From: Octopus sinensis
Lineage: Eukaryota
Direction: 5' to 3'
DNA length: 64,000 bases
Assembly (NCBI RefSeq): GCF_006345805.1
Contig: NC_043008.1
Location: 37,758,001 to 37,822,000, forward strand
The notes under the pieces are model-generated. The model ran no database searches, had not been told where the DNA came from, and worked only from the letters and a program-made list of their open reading frames with translations. Below are positions 52,673-64,000 of the stretch, piece by piece. Numbering within the stretch: the stretch's first letter is position 1; the number at the start of each line of letters is the position of its first letter. A program made the translations under genes and the position numbers.

Positions 52673-52675
52673 TCA
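52540..52675. repeat. (AAC/AAT)n tract
   Basis: Direct observation. Confidence 0.95.
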
Positions 52676-53559
52676 TATTCTTAATTTTGATACATTTTTA
52701 AAGAGTTTCTTTTTTTTTCCTATTTATTCTATCACGTTCTGCTTTTATAATGAACAAATTCCCTTTGTGTACTGATCAAGAACATTATTATAAGTCACAA
52801 TTTATAAAATATATTTATTTAGAGAATATTGTTTATTTTTCTGAAAAGAGTATCAAGTTTCTTTTTCCTTTCTTTTCCTTCAAAAATATTTGTTCAAGAT
52901 AATGTATTCCATGAGAAAACTTACTATCATATATTGCTTTTCTATATAACCAAAATATCTGGTCATCTTATGTAAAGCAGTAAGAATCGGGATTGTATAT
53001 TTAATTTATTTAAAGTAAAATCAATCTTTCTTCACTTTTTCTTTTTCTCCCAACATATTCCGGGAGGATAGGTTCCTACATTGATCTCATACATCAAATG
53101 CAATATAATAGCTCTGTGAATTGGAACTGCTGTAAGCTAGCTAGCATCTTCAGCACAAATGTCTTGCAGACAAATATTTTATGTCTTGTAGACAGATATT
53201 TTATATCTTATCTACTGCTCTGAACATTCTTACTTTTCATGGAAATGAAAATGAAAAAGTGTAGATCTCATGTGTCAAACGACAGTAGGGTGATGGATGA
53301 CAGACAAGAACCAATGTCTTTTGTGGTTTTATATTGGAATTAAAGACACTTTTCTTCTTTAGCATCACATTTATTGTAAATCAATTTTATATATGGAATT
53401 ATTTTTAAATTTCATATCTTGGAAAAGTTATTAAATTTAGTTCAAATAGCATATTTGAATGTGCTTGTCAAACTGTCTTGATGTCAGAAATATTTTCATT
53501 TACAGTTTAGTCAGGATAGTCAGGAATTTGGCCTTTTTCTTGTAGTTTTTTAGCAAGCT

Positions 53560-56350
53560 TTAATTGTTTTGCCAGTTTTTTTCCCAATGATTTAATAGCT
53601 GTATTTCTTATTGACGTGGGTTGGTTAGATTTACATCATGCTGTATTTTAAATAAACATGGCTGTTGAGTTTCTTCTTGAGTTAGACTCAGAGAAGATGA
53701 CACATAATTTTGAGTGTTAGATACAGTGTATATTGCAAACATATCAAACCCATATTGAATACAAGACAATAATGGTGATCAATGTCATAATGCAGTATCA
53801 ATAATTATAGTAAGGCTTATCAACTTCTAGTTATATGCATCACACCATGATATCTTCAATGGAATCTTTCTTCAGGCAATAAGCTCAGAGTCTTTAATTA
53901 TGGAATAAATATGCTTGTGATGGAGTGAGATATGACGTGGAGTTAGAAAACGCTTGATAACTTTGTCTAAGAAAACATTACTGAAATCATAAGAGAAAGC
54001 ATTAAGCTTCTCTGCTTTACTTCTGAATTTTGTATCAGGTAACCCACATAAGTCACAAACTGATTTGTATACTACCTTGCATTCTTGTAAAGGTTATAGA
54101 CATACCAAGATGTAAAAATAAAACTGAAAATTCCCTATATGGCATTTTTGTCTTGAGTAGGGTACAATTTCTTCAAAGACTGGTGATAGATTCACATCAT
54201 AATATTTGTCCCTTTATTTTGGTCTGCTTGCATTTGATTTGTAATCTGTTTGTCAGAGAAGTTCCTAGTAATCTGTTCCATCTCTTAATACCTATACCAA
54301 AGTAATTCCAGAAACGTTTCCAGAGAATCAATTAGATCCAACACTTTCTTCAAATCAACTTCACATCATTTCTTTCTGCTGTTGAACCATACAGGAATTA
54401 AGATCCTAATCGTGGTCATCAGAGAAATTTACAGACAGTTTTGTCTGCAAATGTTTGAGCTTTTGTATCTTGCTTTACATATTTGCTCCAAGTTACCTTC
54501 AGTATATCTGAGGTTAGTCTGAATGTAGTTACATCAAAAACAACAGAAGATTCAAGTGGTTTCAGCTATTACTAAGCAATGGTTGCCTGATTAGATTTCA
54601 CAGTTAATACTATTTTTTATATTTCTTTCCAAAATAAGTCTTCATTAGATTTTTTCCATGTCTGTTAACAGAGGAAAAAGGTGTATAAACAGTGTATGAA
54701 GTCACAACAATGAACAGTCTCAATGCAGCAAGAAGTAACAGGCTTTCCAACAAAATTCAGAAAGTGGGCAGCAAAAAGAACGAGAAATACTTTTTATTCC
54801 TTAACCCGTGTTCTTAATCCTGCCTCACATCCTTGTTTAGTGACTAGATACATTACTGGTATTGTTATAAGCAACTTTTGAAATCAAAATCGTTTTTCCA
54901 GAATTGTAAGAGATGTAACTAGCTATGCTTCAAACCATTTTGGAAAAGAAATTTATTTTTACTGTTTTTCCTATAACATTCTCTCACAGAATTTCCAGTA
55001 TGTCATGAAAAATTCAGTTAAGTAGGCTTTAACAAAGAAAAGCTTCCAAAAAACAAAACAAGTGTAAAAAATACTGTTATAGTGACAGACATAGTGCCTT
55101 AAAAAATTTACCACTTCTTCAAAAATGAGAAATATAGAAGTTATTGATGAACAACTAGAACCAGATTTCCCTCTTGAAGTACAACAGAAAGTCTCAAATT
55201 CTTCTGTAGGAAATAAAACAATAACCAGGGTGGTTCAAAACTTTTACTGGCTTCCTAGAAATAACATATTACACAATGATTGTTAGTTGGTCAACATGAG
55301 CCAGGCCAACAGAATCTGATAAGCATTTGGAAGTTTTAAGTTCAGCCATGATATAATTCTTAACATGTTTTGCCATAAACAGAACAATTTTGTTGTAGAT
55401 GTTAAATGATAAGTCTGGCTGCTTACTACTTTCAGAAAAGTCAAAGTATGAATAAAATCGTACATTAACTTCTACAACACCTAAAAAATTTTTCCATCAT
55501 GTTTGGATGTTATTATCTCTTCACTGACTTAAATGTCAGGCCTTTCTCATCTAGAGAGCTTCTCATGGTCACAGAACAATGAAATGCTTCATTCCAATAA
55601 TTCTTATGATTCTTCACTTGTTTTTCCAATTCCTGGTCAACATGAGAAGATTTTCTCTATCAAAGATTGTACTTCCACATAGAATCTTTATGGTCCTGGC
55701 ATTGTTTATGAGTTTTTTATATTTCTTCTACTTTCATCTGTTAAAACTGTCCTCACAGGAAAACCTATCATGTTGGTTGGAGATCAAAGTACAACCAGAG
55801 CGATAAGATACATCCTTTGATGGGATGTGCAGGAAACACTTCTACAAATGTTGCTCCCTATTGTCACAGCCAAAATAAAACATGGAATTCTTGAAATGAC
55901 TATATTGTATGGACAGTCTATCATCTCCTTGACATTATTGGTAAAGGGACTGAAATTCTTGCTGGGGCTCAGAGACTTTTTTGCTTTGATATGTCATAAC
56001 TGGTTTTCACCTAAAGGACATATGCCTTTATTCCACTAACAGAAAACATATGGCTATTCCTGAATTACACGATGCAACTTCACAATCAATTTCAGAAGTA
56101 CTTGGAGGCTGTGATAATCTATAATCTTCAATATTCATACATGACTCTTGCTCAGAAGTATTTGAGACTTAGTGACATGCTTCAGCAGGGTCATCTGATT
56201 TTGGTTCTTTATCAGTAGCTTCTATATATTCCATTTTTGAAGCAGAGGAAAATTTTATAAGGCACTATGTCTGCCAATAAATGGAAATTTTCACTTTTGA
56301 AACCCACTTCATAGAATTTTTCATGACTTACAGGAATTTCCAAGAGAGAA
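53560..56350 (-). pseudogene. Decayed hAT transposase of the ZMYM1-like/DUF4371 type
   Basis: Minus-strand motifs in order: GLTFK..HDG..LGVVE; AHVDQLTIIV*YV; AYNNTSNVS; AAHFLNFVG..CCIETVHCCDF..LYTFF; and C-terminal SLTQEKLNSH..KIQHD (dimerization domain). Numerous stops and frameshifts; no TIRs recognised. Confidence 0.85.
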
Positions 56351-56691
56351 TGTAATCAGAGAATAAGCACAAAGACAGTAAATATTTTGTCAAAAGATAA
56401 AGGTGGGTATCATTGTTTTCCCCTATAATAGTGATTCATTGTATGAATATATCAGACACGGAAAAATTTTTAATGTTTAAATGTTTGTTTTATTTTAATC
56501 AGTGACCAAGTTTTAGCTATTGTATTTTGTAAAGAGGTAGGTGAATCTGGTAAGAAAACCAGGATCAATTGTCCTTTATGGATTTTTATAAATCCAGGTT
56601 TAATACTATTAAATCAGTCAATCATACTCATTCTAAATATACTAATTATTTACCAATATTTAAAAAGTTTTATGCCTCTTTCTTTAAAATA

Positions 56692-57212
56692 CTGTAAATC
56701 CTCGAGTATAGTCCACCCTTGAGTATAATACACAGGGGATTTTGGGGGGGCTGTACCTCTGAAAAACCTAAACCTTGTGTATAATATGCACCCCTTCTCT
56801 AACTTGAGTCAAGGAGGTCTATATAGCATCCTTGGTTTGTAAAAATGTATACGGTAATGTCCTTTATTATTATTGTATATATAACATAATGCAAACGTGT
56901 AGCTTTTTTGTGCATTTAGCTTGCAGAAAATAAAGAAATAACAGTAATAACAGTAATAACATTTAATAAATGTTGCTTACTGCAAGTTATGGATGCTTCT
57001 GTTATGACTTCATTGCTTTCAGGCTTAGCTTCAGGTATTTTCGCGCTCGACATCACAAAATACGTCTGAATAAATATTGCCGGACAGCAAATAGAGACTC
57101 AGACATTGCTTAGAAAATAATTTTCATTTTAAACCTCGTATATAGTACGCACTAGGGATTTTGACCTGTAAATTTTGGGGAAAAAATGCGGATTATACTC
57201 GAGGATTTACGG
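56692..57212. mobile_element. 521-bp Tc1/mariner-superfamily MITE with 23-bp TIRs and TA TSD
   Basis: TA-CTGTAAATCCTCGAGTATAGTCC ... GGATTATACTCGAGGATTTACGG-TA (21/23 match); subterminal GTATAAT..CAC-like repeats. Confidence 0.92.
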
Positions 57213-57799
57213 TAAAGTATTTCATTCAATCTAAATATGCTTTGATTGAATAAAATACAACACTGTTTTTATGAAAGATGTACAAACCTTTTGAAAATGC
57301 CTAACTTTTTTTCTGAAGTTTTATATTATAAAATCTTGGTTGCATAAAATATGCATGAAAATGAAGACACACAGTTAAAGGAGGATGCACTACTTAATAA
57401 TATGGAACTATAGCATTAGAAAACCACGATGCTAGTTGAAGCTTTCAATCTTAGCATGTTTCTCATTAAAGATTCATTCTGTATCAGATTTAATGAGACT
57501 GATAAAGTAAAACAACTAATATTTTATATTTATAATTAACACAATCATTATTTTTTTAAAGGTGGTGAACAGTTGAATTGGTAGAGCATCAGAAAAAAGG
57601 CTTTGTGGTATTTCTTCTGATTCATTACATTCTAATTTCAAGGTTTGCTGAGGTTAACTTTGTCTTTCATTCTTTTGGGGCGAGAAAATAAGTACCAGCT
57701 GAGTAAAGGTATGAACTTATCCCCTCAACTAACATTGCTGGTCTTGAGCCAAAATTTGAAGCTATTATTATTATAATCAACCATAAATGGTGGTGCACC

Positions 57800-58165
57800 C
57801 CGTAAAGAGTGATTAGAATAGAATCAATAAGGTTTAGCAAAGAACTGGCCGTAGAGAGAAAAAGAGTAGAGACAGAGCTATTCAAGAAGTTTGATGAAGT
57901 ATTTAGTAAAAGCATCGTGACCAACATACTCACAGCGAGATTGGCACATGACCAACTCTTCAACATAAAACATAATGGTTACATTGTCAGGGTAAGGTAT
58001 GTGCCTGTAGATATGAAGCAATGAAAGTCGTTTAATGAGCCTGATTGACAGAGGTACAGTGTGGCAATAAAACCACAATTTGATCTTTACCAGACCATGA
58101 CAGGCACCTGCTAATTGATCCCAAACAGACTTGCTGTTTATGAGTAGCAGTGAAGCAATCACAGG
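57800..58165 (+). mobile_element. Possible Tx1/L1-type ORF2 interdomain fragment
   Basis: FSKELAVERKRVETEL..KHNGYIVRVR..GNKTTI*SL.DHD..L.DPKQ resembles the endonuclease-RT linker of L1/Tx1; recalled similarity only. Confidence 0.45.
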
Positions 58166-58169
58166 ATGG

Positions 58170-58632
58170 ACTTCACTCCCTAACTCAGCAGCCCAAGATA
58201 CCCATCATGACTACCTGTCTGATAAGGGTACACCAGGCACATGCATCACAACCGTATGTGCACATCATAATGATTTCATAACAAGATAAACAGTGCATAA
58301 CCTTGCAGGTGGGGCCCAGTTAGAATTTTCTTCAGATCGAGTAACCCATCCTGCTCAAAAAGTCCCTGAATAAGGGTTGTTTAAAGATGATGAAAGAAAC
58401 ACCTATGTTTCCAGAGATGAATTATTCAAACCCCCAAAAATTCCTCTCAAACACATGGTTATGATGTTCCCCTACTACTTCTGCTCAAGATCAGAGATGC
58501 ACACATCATCAGCCACTAAGAGACATGCTCAACTGGTTAAGCTCAAACAACTGACAAGTAAATCTGTGGTATTGAGCAGAATATTTGCTGTAGCCCATCT
58601 TTTATACCAAGACAAAACAATGTATTTGATAT
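58170..58632 (-). mobile_element. Family F non-coding repeat
   Basis: Reverse complement of 39715-40225. Confidence 0.8.
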
Positions 58633-58638
58633 CACTTC

Positions 58639-58649
<11 letters not shown>

Positions 58650-58672
<23 letters not shown>

Positions 58673-59280
58673 TTGTTTGACTTTTGCTTTACATTTGTAT
58701 AAGTTGGCTTCAAGTCTCACCCAGAGACCTCAAGAGACAAGTTAGAAGTTCATGTTGGTGCTATGCCTAGGGTGCCATATATTTGGTTTTGTACATAGTG
58801 TTGTTCTAGAGAATGCTTAAGACACCATAAGAAAATTATGTGTTTGTTTTAAAATTTGAGATTATATTTGTATAGGATATGGGCAGTTCCCATGAGCAGT
58901 ATCTTTTGAATTTCTGCCATTTTGGGGTTTCCTGGTATCTGAGCTAGGTAGCAATCATTTCCTTTTGCTATCATTCCCAGGGCACCTATGACAACAGGTA
59001 TTGTTTTAGTCTTCAGGTTCCCCATTTTGCTAATTTTTATTTCAAGAACTTTATATTTGCTCAGTTTTTAGTAGGTCTTGACAGATTCGTTTATATCGAA
59101 TTGGACAGTCATATCAATGATGAGGCATGATTTTTGTCTGAAGTCTTTCAATATGATGTCTGGCTTATTTGCATCTATCAATCTGTCAGTTTGAATGGTG
59201 AAGTTCCAGTTATTTTCATGGGGCAAATCCAGGTTTTTGCAAATTACCCAGTGAATATATTGTGCAGCTCTATAATGCCT
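58650..59280 (-). pseudogene. R4/Dong-type RLE domain and 3' end
   Basis: RHYRAAQYIHWVICKNL..DANKPDIILKD..CLIIDM..IPVVIGALG..LLMGTAHIL; (AAT)n tail. Confidence 0.9.
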
Positions 59281-59299
59281 ATTTTTATTATCATTCAGT

Positions 59300-59548
59300 A
59301 GTTTTATTTTTATAGCGTGCTTTCACTTCACTACCAAGCACAGCTCTGTGTGCCTTGGGTATGTGCTGTGGTTTGGTTTGATGCTCTGATGGTTACTGTA
59401 TTGAAAGTGTTCTGCGTAGGATGTGTGCAGTGCCAAGTAGTGCAATTTTCTGTATGCTATCTATATTTTTAAGTCCTGGTGTTTTTATTATGTATTTGTC
59501 TGAATATTTATCATCATCATCATCATTATTATTATTATTATTATTATA

Positions 59549-59612
<64 letters not shown>

Positions 59613-59682
59613 TTATTATCATTCAGTAGTTTTATTTTTATAACGTGCTTTCACTTCACTACTGAGCGCAGCTCTGTGTGCC

Positions 59683-59733
<51 letters not shown>

Positions 59734-59970
59734 TGTTTGACTTTTGCTTTACATTTGCACAAGCTGGCTCCAAGTCTCACCCAGAGACCTCAAGAGACAA
59801 CAAGTTGGAAGTTCATGTTGGTGTTATGCTTAGGGTGTCATATATTTGGTTTAGTACTTAGTGTTGTACTAGTAAATGCCTAAAAAACCATATGAAAATT
59901 ATGTTTGTTTTAAAACTTGAGATTACATTGAAAGTATTTTGCGTAGGATATGAGCAGTTTCCATGAGCAC
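59300..59970 (-). mobile_element. Three further short RLE-LINE 3' ends separated by (AAT)n: 59300-59510, 59615-59685, 59725-59970
   Basis: IQKIALLGTAHILRRTLSIQ* in the first; the second repeats the first's tail; the third duplicates 58650-58900 (ETAHILRKILSM*). Confidence 0.85.
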
Positions 59971-60060
<90 letters not shown>

Positions 60061-60099
60061 CATTATTATTATTCTGTACTGGCAATGGATTTTCCAGTT

Positions 60100-62350
60100 T
60101 TCTTTGCAGAATGTCAAACAGCTAGCCATAGATTCAAATAGATATTCAGAATATATCTTATGGTTCACACTGTATCAAAGTGATATGCTTTCTGTAAGGC
60201 CACAAATTTTAATGTTAATCTGATCATAGAAAAACCATTTAATGATATTTTTGGACACAATGCCCAGTGATCCTATTTTAAAAATTACCATTATCTCTCT
60301 TCAGTTCTAAAGGCATTTTTAGTTCCCATTTTAAACCTTGGTATTCTATATCCTAAATTCCTTTTTTTCTTTTTCATTTTAGTGTCAAAAGTTCAGAATG
60401 CATCTTACAATTTTTAGTATCTATCTTTCACTAGAACAACAATATCCTATCTTGAATGTTCCAATTCTTTGTCTCTCTGGATTCTCATATTCTATAAAAT
60501 AGACAATTTTTAGTAGCCTATGTTCATACCATTTTTCTGGCTATTCTTTATTGTGTTTTACACATAATAAATTATATATAATATATTCTATATCATGCAT
60601 ATAAAGCAGTTTTTGTCATGTCTTCTGTTGTCTATTGACCCCAGGCCTTTTCGAAAGTGACCTTGCTTCCAAACTGACCCAAGAAGGTATGCTCAGAATA
60701 CAGCCATGTTGGTTGAAAAAAGGAAAGAGAAAAAGGTTCCAATTAACTTGATTTTTTGAAGAACTAGTAATACAGTGAAGTCTTCACGACAATTGCATTG
60801 TCTCTGTGCCAGGTTCTGGCACTTTAAACTTAGTGGTTACCGTTCTTTTTCTCTTTTACCTCAAATGCAATATAATGTTAATATACTCTCCTATATATAC
60901 GTATTCTAATTGCTCTATATACGTATTCTAATTCTTGGGCTTCTGCAAATCTCTTTCTTGGTGTCCCCATATTTTTCTTATTCAATTCCTATTTTTGAGC
61001 TACTTTCTTTTCTCTTTTTCCTTGTTTATGATACCTACTCTTTTACAGCCCTCAACATTTTTTCTATACTTTCTGACACATACTTGCAAAGGCAGTCTTC
61101 CTCTACTGCCATTAAACTTCCTACACTAATTAAGCATCTACCATTATTACATTTCATAAACAGTCTAACAGTATCTCTTGTGAAACATATTGTACATCCT
61201 CACCAATTTATTGTGTGTTTTCCTATCAATATCCTGTAGTTTTGAGTGTTCCTCTTCATGACACCTACACAGTATTCAATGATTAAGACAGTGCATCAGT
61301 TGATATCTATAATAACATCTCCACAGTTCAGAAAGGATTTTTAATATTTTTTCATTTTTTTATGTATTTATTTTTCTCTTCCATTTTTCTGCCTTTTATG
61401 CTATCAGCTTCTAAAACTCCAAAACACTTGTATCACTTTTGCTTATGAACTTGCTTTATATTCTCACCTGTAGGAAGTTCCATTCTTTCTATCTCAAACA
61501 ATTTGTCCCCTCTGTATGGTACCACAAATTTTTAATGCTGAATTCCATTCTTATGTCATCATCAAATACTCATACACTCTTCTCCAAAGTTTCAAGTTGC
61601 TTTCTCATCTTACCAAATAATTTGAATAATTTCTAGCCATCCATAAATACTAGTTAATTGATGATATGTTCACAATTTCTTAATTCATATCCTGCTTTCA
61701 CCTTTCTTAAGATATAAGTCAAAAGGTTTTGACTGAATACAAATAGTAACGGTGATTAACCACACCCTTGAAATATTCTTTTTTCTCTATATTTTGCCAC
61801 ATTTCACACCTCTGAATGTAGATTCTCTCTCCAAGCAGTCCATACTAATTCTAAAGAATGACTTGATGTTGTTGGCTATCTTAAATAAGTTCAAGTATAT
61901 AATAACTCAGGAATGCAAGGTCACATGGAAACACTTATTTATAGTCAATGAAGGCCATAGCTAACTTTTATCTGATTTCCTTTACAATTTCTTATTATTG
62001 TTTTATCTCTAAGAAGTTCAGCATACTTTATTGTTTTGTATTTTCTTTGATACTAATTTTTTTCTGGCAGCAGTTTTTTTCAAATGTTGGTAGAATTGTT
62101 CACCAATTATGTAGGTCAGTAGTGTTCACACTTCTGAAAGACAAATAATAAGTCTGGCTCACAGCATTTCATTTGGCTTTGTCTTCCGTTATGAGAACTG
62201 TGTTTCTTTACTTAACCACCCAGAGACAGAATTAAAAAGCAAATATTCAAGTCAGTTATATTATTTGGGAATATAATCCCTTGATCCCACCATTTCTGGA
62301 TGCCTTGTAAAGGGTCAGAGGCACTGCTTTCCTTCTTGATGAAAACATAG
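60100..62350 (-). pseudogene. Old ~2.2-kb R4/Dong-type LINE: RT, zinc knuckle and RLE
   Basis: In order: NTVLITEDKAK; MAFIDYK; LFKIANNIKSF; RIFQG..SPLLF; YELRN..MEFSIK; DRKT; AEAQE; CQNLAQR; RRHDK; EKWYEH; YQGLKWELK; IGSLG. Confidence 0.85.
60634..60797. other. 164-bp insertion with 6-bp TSD splitting the LINE zinc-knuckle/RHD region
   Basis: TTGTCT at 60628-60633 and 60798-60803; LINE motifs CQNLAQRQ and RRHDK lie on either side. Confidence 0.7.
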
Positions 62351-62847
62351 GGATGGTTTTAAATTAGTTGATAGATTAAGTCTACCATCCAAATAGACAC
62401 AGGATTTGGGCTCAGAATACCAACAGCTGCAAAAATTCTTGGAAGGCATCCCATGTCCAATCTAACAGTCTTACAGTTCTACCAATCCACTACCTTTGAT
62501 TGGTACTGTTTTATTGATACTGAAAGTTGAGTTTGGTAAGATTTGAACTCAGCAGAGAATGAAAACAAATTCTGAGAGGATTTCTTTTCAAGATTTTAAT
62601 GATTGTATCAAATTCCCATCTGTACATTTTCATCTTATAAAGTCTTCATTGCATAAAATATATAGGAAAAACCATACACACAGCGTAGAAATGATGAACA
62701 GTTTGACAATATGGAAATAAAGCCTTATAAAATCATGATGCTAGTTGAATTTTGCCATCTTAGCGTGTTTCTCATTAAAGATTCATTCCGTATGAGAGAT
62801 TTAAAGTGATTGACAAAGTAAAGCAACTAATATTTATTATTATTATA

Positions 62848-64000
62848 AGGTGGTGAGCTGGCAGAAATGATAGCACACCAGGCAAAATGCTTAGTGGTAT
62901 TTCGTTTGTCTTTACGTTCTGAGTTCAAATTCCGCCGAGTCCGACATTGCATTTCATTCTTTTGGGGTTGATAAATTAAGTACCAGTCGCATATTGGGCC
63001 TTGTGCCTAGAGTAGAAAAATAATGGAGTGGGTGTGTGGTAAGTAGCTTGCTTACTAACCACATGGTTCTGCGTTGAGTCCCACTGCGGGACACCTTGGG
63101 CAAGTGTCTTCTACTTTAGCCTCGGGCTGACCAAAGCCTTGTGAGTGGATTTGGTAGATGGAAACTGAAGAAAGCCCTTCGTATATATATGTATATATGT
63201 GTGTGTGTATGTTTGAGTGCCTGTGTTTGTCCTCCCAACATCGCTTGACAACCAATGCTGGTGTGTTTACATTCCCATAACTTAGTGGTTCAGCAAAAGA
63301 GACTGATAGAAAAAGTACTAGGCTTACAAAGAATAAGACCCGGGGTGGATTTGCTTGACTAAAGGCGGTGCTCCAAAATGGCCACAGTCAAATGACTAGT
63401 TATCATAAAAGCAGTGAACTGGCAGAACTGTTACCATGCTGGGTGGAATGCTTAGTGACATTTCATCTGCCTTTACATTCTGAGTTCAAATTCTTCCAAG
63501 TTATACTCTGCCTTCCATCTTTTGGTGTCAATAAAATAAGTACTAGTTGAGAACTGGGGTCAATGTTATCGACTTACCCACTCCCTGGAAATTACTGGTC
63601 TTTTTTCACTTCATCAGTCCTCGGAGGAGGAAAGGCAAATTCAACCTTAGCAACATTTGAACTAAGAATCTAAACTTGGCTGCAATGCCACTAAGCATTT
63701 GCCTGGTGTGCTAACAGTTCTTTTCTCCTCTAGGCACAAGGCCCAAAATTTTGGGGGAGGGGGTCAGTTGATTAGATGGACCTCAGTATGCAACTGGTAC
63801 TTAATTTATCGACTCTGAAAGGATGAAAGGCAAAGTCGACCTTGGTGGAATTTGAACTCACAACATATAAAGACAGACAAAATACCACTAAGCGTTTCAC
63901 CCAGTGTACTAATGTTTCTTATTTCTTTATTGCCCACAAGGGTCTAAACATAGAAGGGACAAACAAGGACAGACAAAGGGATTAAGTCAATTACATCGAC
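62848..64000. mobile_element. Dense SINE cluster: A(+) 62848-63020, B(+) 63025-63400, A(+) 63410-63605, then A(-) copies to the window end
   Basis: Similarity to the family A and B copies described above. Confidence 0.85.

Noticed and set aside
60645-60686. Ancient conserved host coding exon
   Set aside because: It lies inside a TSD-flanked insertion within a decayed LINE, so at best it is a recent exonization (kept as a low-interest finding).
1-64000. The many supplied ORFs rich in Y/I/C/V/H/T/M or poly-I/N/D
   Set aside because: They are translations of (TA)n, (CA)n, (TATG)n, (GATA)n and trinucleotide microsatellites, which lack stops in some frames; no domain content.
1-64000. CRISPR array, prokaryotic operon or defence system
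   Set aside because: No regularly spaced 25-45-bp repeats with unique spacers and no gene-dense region; composition and repeats are those of an animal genome.

Overview
AT-rich, microsatellite-saturated eukaryotic DNA. The repeat families match, from memory and without a database search, those of Octopus (coleoid cephalopod) genomes. No bacterial-type genes, rRNA, intact tRNA or CRISPR arrays were found, and no confidently identifiable host protein-coding exon. The window reads as a large intron or intergenic tract built from layered transposon debris. It holds several tRNA-headed SINE families and two near-full-length decayed DD37D (maT-type) Tc1/mariner elements. It also holds a decayed ZMYM1-like hAT transposase, a TA-flanked MITE, CR1, RTE and Tx1/L1 fragments, and R4/Dong-type RLE LINEs stacked head-to-tail in (AAT)n. 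The most interesting signals: (1) at least three Penelope-like repeat families carrying minimal hammerhead-ribozyme motifs, including a complete type I fold with a non-canonical CCGACGA core inside a palindrome at 6.8 kb; (2) a GC-rich, multi-hairpin ~160 bp insert nested two levels deep in SINEs at 26.9 kb; (3) two ~250-bp-arm foldbacks, each followed by a partial tandem copy (23 kb, 33 kb); (4) an RTE C-terminus with three tandem C2H2 fingers. Nearly all supplied ORFs are microsatellite artefacts. Family names are assigned by recalled motif similarity, and boundaries of decayed elements are approximate (about +/-20 bp) unless a TSD or TIR is quoted.
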